From: Neophaeotheca triangularis
Taxonomy: Eukaryota
Reading direction: 5' to 3'
Assembly (NCBI GenBank): GCA_054600435.1
Contig: BAAIJX010000075.1
Location: forward strand, 1-64,000
Length of the DNA stretch: 64,000 nt
Shown: piece by piece, positions 25,392 to 37,764 of the stretch
Numbering within the stretch: the stretch's first letter is position 1
How the letters are laid out: every line of letters starts with the position of its first letter
The notes under the pieces: generated by a model
Told to the model about the DNA's origin: nothing
The model's input: the letters and a program-made list of their open reading frames with translations, nothing else
Databases searched by the model: none
Translations under genes and position numbers: made by a program

Positions 25392-27486
25392 CTACTGCTC
25401 CGACTCCCCATGGCCATGGTTGATGACAGTGCTCTTGGAAGTGACACGGCTCGACGACATCTTGCTCTCGCGGTTGCTAGCCCAAGCCTGCTGCAACTGG
25501 CTCGACTTGCTCTCCTCCAGCCTCTCCAACTCCCTGCACTTCTCCTGGTAGCGGGAGACGGAAGCGTCCCTCTCGCGGTCGGCGGCGTTGCGGGCCGAAA
25601 TGGCCAGCTCCTTTTGCTCGCGCAGGTCGTGGATCAGACTGCGCATCGACTCGATCTCCTGGCGCAGCTCTTCCGAGTCGCTGCCCCAGTCCGTCATCGT
25701 CTCGGTCACTTCTTGGTATTGGTACTTGACGTCGTCGAGCTCGCCGCGGATGGCGTCGCGGTTGGCGGCGAGGGTCTCGTTCTCGGCGATGGCGGTGGTG
25801 AGTTTTTCCTTGATGGCGTTGATCTCGAGCTGGAGCGTGTTGACGCGCTGGTAGGCGTTGTCGCGCTCCCTCTCGGTCTCGCGGAAGTTGTCCGTGAGGG
25901 TCAGGATCTCGGCGCGCAGGTCGGAGACGGTGTTGTCGGTCCTGGACACTTGCTCTTGCAGGGTGATGACTTGACGCGAGTTGTCCGTCACCTTGCGGCG
26001 CTCGACCTCGAGGTCGTCTTTGGCGTTATCCCTCTCGAGCACCATGACGCGCCACTCTTCTTGCTTGGTGTCGAGCTGGGTGCGGACGGAGGAAATGTCG
26101 ATCTCCAAGATGCTCAGTCTCTCGAGCTTCTCGGTGACCTCCCTCTTGGACTGGCCGAGCTTGAGGCTTGTTTCGGCCTGGAGGCTCTCGATCTCTGTAA
26201 GACGGGTCGTCTTGGTGTTGTTGTCGTGCTGACGAATTGATTAGCAATGGTCATGGTTTGTTGGGATATGAACGAATTACCCTCAGTCTGTCGATGGTAG
26301 TTTGGTACTCATCACGCTCCAGCTCAACGTGGCGAACTGTCTCCCTGACTTTGTGGAGCTCACGCTGCATGGCGTCGTGCTTGTCGATGGAGTCTTGGAA
26401 GTCCTTGGAAGCTTCGTCACGGTAGACAGTCATACGCCTGAGCTCCTCAACGAGACGATCCTTTTCATACATGAAGTCGGTGCGCTCGCGCTCCCAGCCA
26501 TGAACTCTTTCGGTCAAGGTGCTGTTCTCCTTGCGGCTCTGTTCCAGCTGCGAAGTGAGCTCGGAAATTTTGCTTTTGAGCTCCGAATTGTCGCGCGTGG
26601 CGGCGCGAGCATCGTTGCGCTGGCGGTCGGCGTCAAGCCTGGCGGAGTCGCGCTCGCTTTCGCGTTCAATCACCGTGGCCTTTACGGCGTCGTAATCGAA
26701 CTTCACCTTGTCGACGTTGTGCTGGAGAGTGTGGTTGGTGTTTTGCAGAGTGGCGTACTCTCTGCGCGAGTACTCGATCTGGTTGTCTCGGTCGGCGACC
26801 TTGGAACAGACGTCAGTAAATCGCGACAAAAAGGGGCAGTGTTCTCTTCATACCTTCTGCTTTTGCTCGGTTACAGCAGCCATGGCGGTGGTGACCTGCA
26901 TCACGAGCTTTTCGACCTCTTTCCTCCTCTCGAGAAGCTCACGGTGCTGGCCTTGGTGATCGCCATCCTTGGCCTCGATGATTTCGGAAAACTCGTCAAT
27001 AGTCGTGAGCATCTCCTCCCTCTCGCGGTTGAAAGATTCGCGGTCTGACATCAAAGTCGTCCAAATCTCTCTGAGCGACGAAGCCTCCTTGGAAGCAGCA
27101 CTCATTAGGTCCATGAGGGAAAAGAACTTGTTCTCGGCCTGCGAGGTCATCTCCGAAGCCATCTTGCTCCGGTGGCTAGCGATGAAGGAGCTGTTTCGGC
27201 GCGAGGCTGAGCTGGAGCTGCGGCCATGTTTGGTCCTGGCTACAGCTTTCGACGAGACGCTGCCGGCTCTCGACATGCCGCTGGACCTGGCCCCATTGGA
27301 CGACGAGAAGTCGGAACCACCCAGACCGGAGGAGCGCAACTTCATCATCGCCAATTTGTCAGTTGCGAAGTCAGTGTTGTTGCCGCTCATGGTGCTGCCG
27401 TTCAGTGTGCTGCCGTTCATGGTGCTTCCACCGTTCAGAATGCTCGAGCTGTGCCCGGTCTCAAGGCCTGGTGCGACAGATGCCAT
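25392..27486 (-). CDS. Long coiled-coil hypothetical protein, ~662 aa; exons 26854-27486, 26281-26799, 25392-26228
   Basis: Two phase-0 GT..AG introns join three ORFs. An S/G/N-rich N-terminus precedes SQAENKFFSLMDLMSAASKEASSLREIW and then ~500 aa of E/R/K/L heptad-rich sequence. Confidence 0.85.
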
Positions 27487-28513
27487 AGTAATTGCGTTGG
27501 AGGCGGTGTTGTTCAAGGGAGATTAACGTGGGAATGCGTTGTTCGACGACAGTCGGAAGGAGGTTAGAAAACGGACGATAGGTCTTCTACTAAGTTACTT
27601 GGGCTCTCGTCTGATTGAAATCTGCGATCGCGTTGAGCCCGGTGGGTGTGCAGCACATAGCTTCTCACCTTGACTACGTCAATGGTCCCGATGATCACGG
27701 TCTTTTCCATCTGGTTTCGACAACTCAATGCTGCTGCTCGGCCGTTGATTTGTGGTGATCTCGGAGGACACCTACGCAATTCACGCACCGCTTTTACTGT
27801 GATTGTGGTAGATCTTACAACCTTAGCTACTAATAAGGTGGATCTCGAAAGCTCCGGCAGTACCATTGACCTTGTCACGAGTCATCAGGACCACATTTCG
27901 AAGACAGCTGGTAGAGCTGGAGTACTGAATTTCCGCTTTAGGACGACCAAAAGAGTGCTACTTTACCCAAAGGGGGCAGCACACCATCTTGCTAGCGGAT
28001 CGACCAATCTGCGGATCCGGGGATAGAAGTTTGCGCCAGCCCCTAGGTGCATATAAAAGCTGCGCACTTGGATGCGAGATGGCCTCACTGCGAGTGAACA
28101 TCTCCACAACGACAGCAATTATTTGAAATGATTTTGATGATCTGCCGACAAAAAATGCCATTGGTATTATTAGTTTCGTGGCTAACCCGGTATACCCATC
28201 TACGGAACTCAACAGCTGTCAACCATGAAAAGTTCTGGTGCCATGACGAAACATGTTGAATCCAAAATGTCCCGTCAGTCAGGGAGGGATTCTGGGATAG
28301 GTTTGGTTCGCAGCCAGGCCAACCTTGGTCTTGGAAAATCTCCGATTTGCAGATTACCTTCTCCATACAGGGCTCGTTCTGGGTCCGGAACTGCGGGTAT
28401 TACAGAGGCCCGCCCCAACCCCGCGGTAAACCTTGACTTAGCTAGCTATGCAAGCTTACAAGTTGCGATTCCACGTCTTCCTTGTGATTTAATTCTGGGG
28501 CAAACGGAGGTCG

Positions 28514-28547
28514 ATGATGATGATGATGATGATGACGATGATGATGA
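28514..28547. repeat. (GAT)n microsatellite in the divergent intergenic region
   Basis: gatgatgatgatgatgatgacgatgatgatga read directly. Confidence 0.9.
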
Positions 28548-29607
28548 GGGACCAGCATGAGTAATGATTCTCCATTGCTTACCCAGGCTATCTTCTGAAC
28601 GTCTAGGAAGAAGAGATGGTCCAAGGTACAGTACATTATTATTGGTATTGCCTCAATAATGTAGATGTGCCAATGGCATTGTTTCTCCTAAGTTTGAACA
28701 GTCCCAGGGTCCGTCCCATGATGGCTTGCGTGACGTTTGCGACGTGCCGGCACGAGGTCGGGTGTTTGGCTAGCGGACGGGACCCCCTCGCCAGGTATTA
28801 TTATATTGATCATTGATTTTGATCATTAATCAGGGCCAACAAGTACCGTACCGTCCGTACTTTAGATCCGCTTGCTGAGCTTGCGCAAACTGCTCCACTA
28901 CTTTGAACTCACCCTTGCTTCTTGGGGTGGTAGGGTGGGCGCTGCTAATCAAGAAAATCATACTTTCGTCATCGGCCGTGTGCAGCACGTCGACCCATTC
29001 AGGTTAATGGACGAACTGGGCATTTACGGCGAGCGTTTGTTGCCTCTTTGGGAGCTCACAGTTCCCCGAAAACCGTGCTCAAGCTCTTCTGTTGACTCGT
29101 TCTTGCAGCTCGACTAGCACTACCTCCTACCTACTCGATCCACCATGACCATCACAACGTAGCCATCCTGTTGGGCGCTATCAACCTGTGGGCTAAACGT
29201 CTTCTCAACACCAAATCGCACGCCTCCTAATGATGTTAAGGAGCATCACCAAGATGGCGACGATCGGCGCAGAGCGTACCGTCCTTGAGGCATCGCGCCG
29301 TGGCAGTGGTCATGAGCACTCGAGAAACCCTGACAATCCAGGCGTCAGCTGCATACCACCTTCATCTCGACCCACTGATAGGCATTGAATCTAAGATGTT
29401 GCATCGAGATCCTCGCGCGGATCCCAAATATCCCTGCTCGCTTTTGTCCGAGAGCTTTAATCCCTACAGGAGCTCTATGAGGGCATAGGTTCTTTTGCAA
29501 GCTCCCTCTTCCTCTTCATCGCTCTCAGTCAACTTCTTTCCTACAAACAACTCCCTGCTTTTCACATCAATATACCCTGTACTTGTAGCGCTTTTCCCTT
29601 TTAAAAG

Positions 29608-32600
29608 ATGCCTGCCGCAACCATGAAGATGTCTGGAAGCTGGTCGAGCTCGGCCAATGGCTACAACGGACATTCGAGGACCTCGTCCAGCACATTTTCC
29701 TTCGCCAACGGTGTCAATGGCACCAAAACCTCCAACAAGAGCAACGCGGGCAAAATCTCGATTGTTTCCGACTCCGCTGCTGCTCTCAAGCGCAAAAGCG
29801 CATCAGAGCTCACCAAAGCGGTATCATCCTCGGTCGGTGAAATGAGCTTCATCAAGCTCGTTCAATGGATCCGCTCCGAGCGCCTTGCCTCGTTGCCACA
29901 CCAGGGAAGCACCTGGGACACTGTGCTCATTCGATCTCTTCACGTCGCCGAGCGTCTACACAAATTTGAAACCTCCATCCAGAGCTTTGCCGCCGACAGC
30001 AGCTCCGCCGGCGAGCTCGCTTACTCCCACCTGAGACTTTTGATGGAGATGGGCCACGAAAACTCTCGCCCGCTAAATAAGGCGTTTGGCCTATTCTACA
30101 GGTGCTCTCTGGTCATCAATGCTCTGCTCGAGAGATCAGAGTTGCTCTCCGCTTCTTACGAGATCCAGGAGCAACTTTGCACGATGTTTACCGATCTGAT
30201 AACCCTGATTGTCGAGGTAGCTATCCACTTCCACAGGTCAGTCGCGGGAATGGAATCCGGCGACTCTTCCGTCAGTTTGGACCTGTACCAAGTTTTCGGC
30301 GACACTTTGCAGACGTATGATGACCGACGCAGCCGGATTACGGACTTGATCTGGTCTTCTCAGACCGACAGGCTTGGTGGCGAGGTCGACGAAGGTTCGT
30401 TCCTTCCGGCGCGAACGTATTCTCGTGATGGGCCGCAGATGCTAACTATGCGACAGTGATTCCCATTGACGTTCTTCGTCGCTGGCTTATGCCGCAAGAC
30501 CGTGTTCTCGATTTGCTAGGCAACGATCACACCGTCTTTGCCGATGACCTTGCCGAGTTCACGGGCTTGTGGTTGCAAGATAGCCTGCTGAAGTTCGTCA
30601 AGGGTAACGACGAGTGCATGTTGGTCAATGGATCCTCGGGCAGCGGGAAAACCACTCTTGCCGCAACTGTCATGGAGAGATTGCAACGCCCTATCGCTAG
30701 ACAGACTTTCCAGTCTGTTTTCGTGACTATTGGTAAGCTTCGCGATCGCCTCGGAGACAACGTATTTGCTGACACGTCCCAGGCGAGGTACCGGCCCAGG
30801 CCACCTCACTCCACCTGGTGAAATCGATCCTCCACCAGCTCTTGCAGAACCGCACTGGTAACTTGAAGTTGTAAGTGTGACCAGTCACCAATCAACCTAC
30901 TCGAGACTTGCCATGTGCTAACATTGGATCCCTCAAAGATACACCACGCTGGTCGAGGCCCATCAAGAAGCTCAGCGCACCGCTGACCCGGAGGCTTACG
31001 AAAACTGTCTCTGGTCCGCGCTCAGCGATGCCCTTCAGAACCCCCTCCACTCCTCAAACCCAACTGTGTTGGTCATAGACGGCCTGGACGACATCAACGG
31101 TAAAAAGCCCGCCGGCCAGAAGCTGCTAGAAAGATTGGTGAATGCGGTCGGCAAGGGACAAAAGACCAAGCTTATTGCATTCTCCGAATCGCTTAGCCTG
31201 CCCAAATCTTCACGAGGCACACAAAGGACGATCACTCCTGAGGACACACGTGACGACAGCCACCTCGTTGCGATCCGTGCTCTTGCTCGATGCTCGCAGT
31301 TCGTACAGCGACCAGGCCCGGAACAAGACACCATTCTCGCCACTATTCTCGATGCTGGCAAAGGATCGTTCACATGGAAAATCCTCTTCTGCGAGTGTCT
31401 GAAGGCCGAGAAGACCCAAGATGCCTTCAACAAGACCTTGGGAACGTTGAAGAGCACGCCCCCTTCGGTCGACGATCTTGTCCTGAAGCTACTAACGACT
31501 CTCCAACCCTCCCTCGACTCATGCCTGGCTCTTGCTTGGCTTAACGGCGCAGCCCGACCCCTGACCTTTGAGGAAATCTCGAGTCTACTCTCTGTCAACG
31601 TTGAGAAGGGCGAGATGAGCAATTCCTCCTCTACCGTGGAGCGTATCTTGGAGAGCGTTAGACCTTTGCTCTCGATCTCGTACAACGTTGTCCGTACGAG
31701 GCATGGCCGCATCGCCGAGGCCTTGCAAAAGAACCTCCAGTCCCTCATCGACCAAGGCAAGATTCCATTGTCTCACAAGAACACCCAGATCGACCTGCTG
31801 CTCAGGTGTATGATCTTTGCCAAGGACTGCCTGCCAGAGTCCAGTGCACCAACGCTCGACCCCGACTATTCTCTACCCGCGAGGTTGTTCCCGAAGCACC
31901 CTCTACTGGAGTACGTCGTAAGATACTGGCCTTACCACCTTGAGCACACACCGTTCAACCCAGCCTCTTCTGGCTCGCCGAAGCTGCCCGAGGAGTTCAA
32001 GAAGGTTTTCCCAGCCAGCACCGCCATGCCATGCCTCGAATACCTCTGCTGGGCCGAACAGTACCCTGGCTCGCAAGAGGTCAAGCTGCACACAACGGGA
32101 TACCAGCTGCGCACCACCATCTTCACGCAAAACCACCCAGCTGTCATGCAGGGTTACATCAACACTGCCCTTTACTACGGTCCCATGGGTAACGACAAGG
32201 AGACCAGCAACGCCTACTACACGGCATGCATTATTGGGAAGAATGTGCTCAAGCCGTCTCACCCCGTCACCGTTGCTTGCGCCAACCACTACCTCGACCA
32301 CACCTCGACCATGGTTACTCCTAGTCGCAGCGAGATCATGACACACCGCGAGCAAGTACTCCAGATCTTGGTCACAGCTTATCAGCAACAATTTGGCGTC
32401 CACTCCGAGATGGTCATTACGACGAAGCAGCAGCTTATCCAGCTCTACTCCTACATCCGCGAAGAAACCAACGCAAACAGCTTGAAGAGCCAGTTGGAGT
32501 TTGATACGGGCACCGGATCTCAATCTTCGTCTGAAAAGGTGTATCCCTCGTCGCTTGGCGGCGCTTTGAACACCAAGCTCGTCTCACGCCGTACGGAGGA

Positions 32601-35600
32601 GAGTGACAAGCCAACCATCAGCTTGTTCGAGGACGAAGAAGAGGAAGAAGAGGACACTACTCTCACCCTCGACACGGCCAAGTCGATGATGGAGAAAGCA
32701 AAGTCGTTGACCAGCCAGAACCAGTTCAAGCAGGCTGAACTGTTGTACGTGCAGCTTTGGCGCCAAATGTCCTCCATTTGCCAATCTACCATGGCCGTAG
32801 AATGGCACCGAGCGAAGATTGACACTGTCAACTCATACGCTCAGGCTTTGAAGTCGTCGAAGCGTGAGTCCGAGAGCTCAGCCATCCTTATGTCGGTTGC
32901 GAAAGAGTATCAACAGCACGAGCTTAGCTACTCGCAGAGCATTGTTTCGAGCATCACGGAATCCGCCGACATCCTCAAGTCGGTTGGGCATGCTGCAGCC
33001 GCTCTGTCCATTTACCAGCAGAGTGCTTCTTACTACTCCAGCACGCACAAGACGGACAGCAAGGAGCTCAAGCAGATTGAAGAGATGATTTCTACCACGA
33101 CTGTGCAGGTCTCGAAGGAAGCTTCTTCCCGCAGCGAGTCTTCCAGCTCCCAGCTATCGGAGAACTCGCTCGAGGCGATCTTCCAGTCTTCCATTCTCAA
33201 CCGCAACTCGAAGATTGAAGCCTCGACCTTTACGTCTGTCAATCGCCTCGTCGAGAAGCACATGTCAGCCATGCAGTACGAAAAAGCCGTGGAAGTCATC
33301 CAAGCCACTTTGCAACGCACCTGGATGGCCTTCACAGCCGACACCACTCACGGCATGTCTTTGGCAAGCGTTTCCTTCCAGAAGGAGTCGATTGCTCTGG
33401 TTGAGTCCCTTTACCAAGCCTACACGCGCTCGCGCAAGGTTGAGAAGGCCATGGATGTGTACCTCAGATTGTACCGTGCCACCGTGCCTGTAGCCAAGGA
33501 GCAGCCTCAACTCTTCGAGAAGCACTACAAGCAGCTCGTTGCCCTGTACGATCAGTACGGATACTTTGACAGGGCCATCACCATTCTGCAGGAGGTTCTG
33601 CCCATCTATACCAACACCTACGGAGCCACCAATGACAAGGTCATCGACTTGCTGTTTGACCTTGGTGACCGATGCCGCAATCACGCCCGCACTCACGCTT
33701 ACTACCTTGAATACTACCAACAGATTGTCAAGGCAACGACCAAGGACAACAAGGTCGTTGGTGCCAGGGCCTTGGAGGCGCTCAAGATCGTTTCTGTCTC
33801 CTACTGGGAAGAGAGGCGCTACATCGAGGCACGCCAGGCTTACGGTCTTCTCTGGGCTACTCTCATCGACACGCATGGAAAAGTCAGTATCACCAAAGAC
33901 CAAGCAACTTACCTGCAAAGCTTGTACCAGCAGTACTACCAATGCCTGGAAGCGACGCAAACAGATTTCGAGACGCTGTACGCTGTGACCGAGCAATACC
34001 ACAACACATGCAAGGCCGTGTTTGGCGCCAACCATGAGGTTACCGCCGCCTCGGCCCAGGCCTTTGCTCAGGTTTGCCAACAGAGCGAGAAGAGCCAAAG
34101 CAAGGCTGTTGAGATGCTCGAGCAGGCATACAGCAACATGTCGTCGAACAGCCGTGCCTCAAGCACGGAGTCTCAGCAGATCACGCAGCAGCTTATCCAG
34201 ACGTACTCTAGGAGCATCTCGCAATCCAGCAGCGCTAGTACCGAGACTGTTGAGAAGTTGAAGACGATGCACCAGAAGCAGTTCCAAGCTTCCTACCAAG
34301 AGTACGGCTACCGCAGCGAGACCAGCATCAACAGCATGAAGGAGATCGCATCGTTGGAGTTCCGTCAGGGCAAGACTGAAGCCGCCATGAAGCAAATCAC
34401 CTCTGCTACCCAGGAGCTCAACACACTGGATGTTTCAAACGAACACATTATCCAGAGCGCCGAGACCATTGCCAGCGTGTTCCAGGCCAGCAACCGAAAT
34501 GAAGTTGCGCGCGAGTTCTTGTCAGACCTGCGGTTGCAGCTGGTTGCGCACGAGAAGCGAGCCGACTCTCGCTTCCAGTTCGACGTGACCAAGTCGAACA
34601 AGGCTTCTTTGGTGTTCCTGGCTACGCTCGAGTACCAGCTGAGGAAGGACATGTCTCTTACCCAGTCGGACATCTACACCGACCTCCTCAGCGAGCGCCT
34701 CTACTACAATGAGTTCTACAAGGTCATCCAGGAGCGATCCTCCTTCGAGGCACTCATCAAGGCTGCCGCACCTCTCCGCCACTACCTGCTGAAGCGCGAC
34801 CGCAAGCAGCAAGCCCAATCTGTCGTCAGCCGCGTTGTCACCATCGCCAACGAACACGACTTGAAGAGCTTCTCTTTGGAAGCAAAAACCACGTCGCCGG
34901 CTATCTTCATCACCGGCATCCTCGACTACATGGGTCTGCGCAGGAACGCGGCCTATGAGCGAGCCGTCATCCTCGCCACCAACAAAGTCTTGCGCGGTCT
35001 AGTTCAGAACAAGAAGTTCGCAGAGGCTTTCGACATTGCTTCGATTGGGTTCAAATACGCAAAGGCCCACGAAGGCTACTGGAACATTGGCCTCCTCAGC
35101 AGCGGCTTCGCTCTCGCTTCTCAACTCGACGGTCGTGGCGTGAACCGCTGCCCTGACGAGACTTTGCGTAAAAAGATGCTGCAGCTCTCCAACACCGTCG
35201 TCAAAGACCTTTTGCAAGTTGCCCGTAAGCAAGGAATCGACTTGGCTCAAGTCCAGCTTTCCGAGCTCAACGAGTTGGTCGCTATGCTGGGCGAGCAAGG
35301 CGACTGGGACACGCTCGAGTCGCTGCTGTCTTCGCTGTGGAACACCAAGAAGGCGCAGCAGACCTGGCCGTCCGACGTTCTTCTGCGTCTTGGTTCCCGC
35401 TTGATTGCCGTCCGCTACCTCTCGGGACAGCCAGTCAAGGCCATCCGCCTGTGCGAAGACATTGCCTACAACCTGCGTCGCACCCAAGGCAACGCCGACC
35501 CTGCCACCTTGGACACTTACAACTTGCTCGTCCAGCTCTACACCAGCACGGCTCAGATGTACCAAAAGTCCGCCGGCAACGACAAGTCATCCGCCACCCT

Positions 35601-36036
35601 CGCCAGCGACTACTTCAAAAAGGCCGTGCTCCTGGAGGAAGACATTCTCCGGCGCTTCGCAAGCGAAGGCGCCAACGGCGAGGCCGGCGACGACGAGGAC
35701 GAAGAGGACACGGCCGCCGCCATCCTGGCCGAGCACGGCGTGCAAGCCGACGGCGTTCCGCACGCCGCCAACGGCCACGACAAGGCCGACCGCAGCGCCA
35801 ACGTCAAGCACCACTTGCGCTTGCTCAAGCTTGCCCACCAGCGTCTGGGACAGTGGCCCAAGCCGGCTCAGGTGTATGAGCAGCTCAACGCCAACATCTA
35901 CCGCTTGTACGGCGACCAACTGAAGGGTGTCGACGGGGTTGAGAAGTGGCAGACCAAGGGCTTTGGGGGAGGCAAGGCTGAAAGCGGCGAGGGCACTTTC
36001 GAGGCCCCGAAGCAGTGGGATATTGTTGTCGCTTGA
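29608..36036 (+). CDS. Large NACHT/STAND P-loop NTPase with C-terminal TPR-like helical repeats (NLR-like), ~2082 aa; introns 30395-30456, 30733-30782, 30871-30938
   Basis: Walker A LVNGSSGSGKTTLA, Walker B VLVIDGLDD, AARPLTFEEI and LLEYVVRYWPYH (typical of fungal NACHT HD/WH regions), then AEL/LY..LW-type helical repeats. All three introns restore frame. Confidence 0.9.
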
Positions 36037-36382
36037 AGGGGATTTACTAAAGCTTGGACTTGTAGTCGGCAGGAGCTTGGGGTGGTTAGAAGGTCAGGAG
36101 TTTGTCGATGGGTTTCGTTTTATGATTTTTTTCAATCACTCGGTCTTAGGCGCTAAAAAGTTCTTCTACTATCTTCCAAACGGGTTCCAACCAGTATCAC
36201 TGGTAGTCTGTCATGTCCAAAACTGTCACGATTGTACCACGCATCGGCTCTCCGCGTAAAAAGCTACCGAGCGCGTTTGCCCATCATCATTAATCACTCC
36301 GTACACTAAGTCACAAAGAATCTGTAACATGCGCAACAGAAGCGGCCTGTTTTCAAGCCCATGCTCCTTCTCCACTCTCAGC

Positions 36383-37012
36383 CTAACCCAACCAAAAAGT
36401 GCCCTCGACCTCCACAATATCATCGTCGTTCAATCGCTGAACCTCCACAATCGTCCTGGGCGGAAACAGCACCTGGCCACTGGCATTCAACCTCCCCCAC
36501 ATCTCCTGCTGCACCTGATTGACAACCGGCCGCCAGCGATACATATCCGAGACATAGACGACCAAACGCACAGCCGAGGTCTGCCGAGAAGAACGAAGAA
36601 AAGGCGTCAACAAAAACCATTCAATTACCCACGACCAGCCGAGCACCGAGGCGCAATTGTATAAGTTAGGAAACTTGCTTACCAAATCCGTGCCCGCCAT
36701 GTTAGCGAGCTGCTGCATATTCTCAAACGCTTGCCTGACACGCGGGTAGCCAGACTCGACTAGAGTGTTGTTGGCTGGCGAGAAACCGCGCATGCCGGCG
36801 ATGTAGAGGGTCGGGCCGGCTCTGGACATGAGACTCCAGGGCCCGTTTGGCTCGAAGCTTTGGGAGGGGTTGGAGATTTCCACTCCGAGGGGTGAAGTGT
36901 AGTTTGCTCCCGGGGGCGTTGTGGATGGGTACTGGGCGTGTGTGTCTTGGGCGGCGGTTGGGGTTGAGAGCGTTGCGCTGAGCGCGGTTAGGACTGCGAG
37001 TGGGAATTTCAT
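36383..37012 (-). CDS. RidA/YjgF/YER057c/UK114 family protein with N-terminal signal peptide; intron 36581-36682
   Basis: GPWSLMSRAGPTLYIAG, RQAFENM, VVYVSDM and FPPRTIVEV..L....VEVE motifs; MKFPLAVLTALSATLSTPTAA signal peptide. Confidence 0.85.
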   Translation of the reverse strand: MKFPLAVLTALSATLSTPTAAQDTHAQYPSTTPPGANYTSPLGVEISNPSQSFEPNGPWSLMSRAGPTLYIAGMRGFSPANNTLVESGYPRVRQAFENMQQLANMAGTDLVSKFPNLYNCASVLGWSWVIEWFLLTPFLRSSRQTSAVRLVVYVSDMYRWRPVVNQVQQEMWGRLNASGQVLFPPRTIVEVQRLNDDDIVEVEGTFWLG

Positions 37013-37764
37013 TGTTATTGCTGGATTTGTCGGAGCGGTAGGGTTGCGGTTTTCCGTTTCGTCCTGTGGTGGGAGGCGGAAGCGGTTGAATCGAGGGTTG
37101 GCAGCGCGACATCCTGGCTGCTTTGGTTTTGTAGATCGAGAGCCAAGTCGAGTGCGAATGCTTCCTGCCAGATGACGTTGCACATTCTCATGAACCCCGA
37201 TCTGGGGAACATGAAGTTGAGGTGAGACAAAGGGGCTGCGGCGTGCACCAAACAATCGGCTTGTAGAATAACCGTCGGGCGTTGATGATTTGGGTGAAGA
37301 AGCGTGTGCGACCCTTTAGTGATGGGGGCTTCTTCTCTGTGAATGAGAATCAGGAGCTGTCCTCAAACAGGCTTATCCGGTGCCGACAATAACGACCAAG
37401 TGAACCGTGTAGATCCGTTTTCGACAGTCGATGCTCGCCCAAGTCTTACTGACTCTCCATACTCTTACGAGAGATGATCTCGCAGATGGTTGAATGCATC
37501 GGTGTGGAACAGTAGGGAATTATGGCAAATCAGAGATAAGGGAATGAGAGGCTGAGATGCCGGAAGAGCGTTGTATATTCTGTTTCTATCCAACGTCTTC
37601 TAGGTCATCATGTTATGCAACTTTTCCGTTCATGTTCATGGCCAAGAGAGTAAGTAATTGCGATTCTCACAACGACTCTCTCCACCTCCGGTCGATAGCT
37701 CGTCGTTAGGCTAGCCAGCGTTGACAGTAGCACCTGTCCAACTACTTCTCACAAAGCATTCCGC

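Noticed and set aside
37013..37255. 80-aa N-terminal extension of the RidA ORF in the ORF track
   Set aside because: It starts at a non-ATG codon. The first in-frame ATG (37012) directly opens a signal peptide, so the extension is probably 5' UTR.
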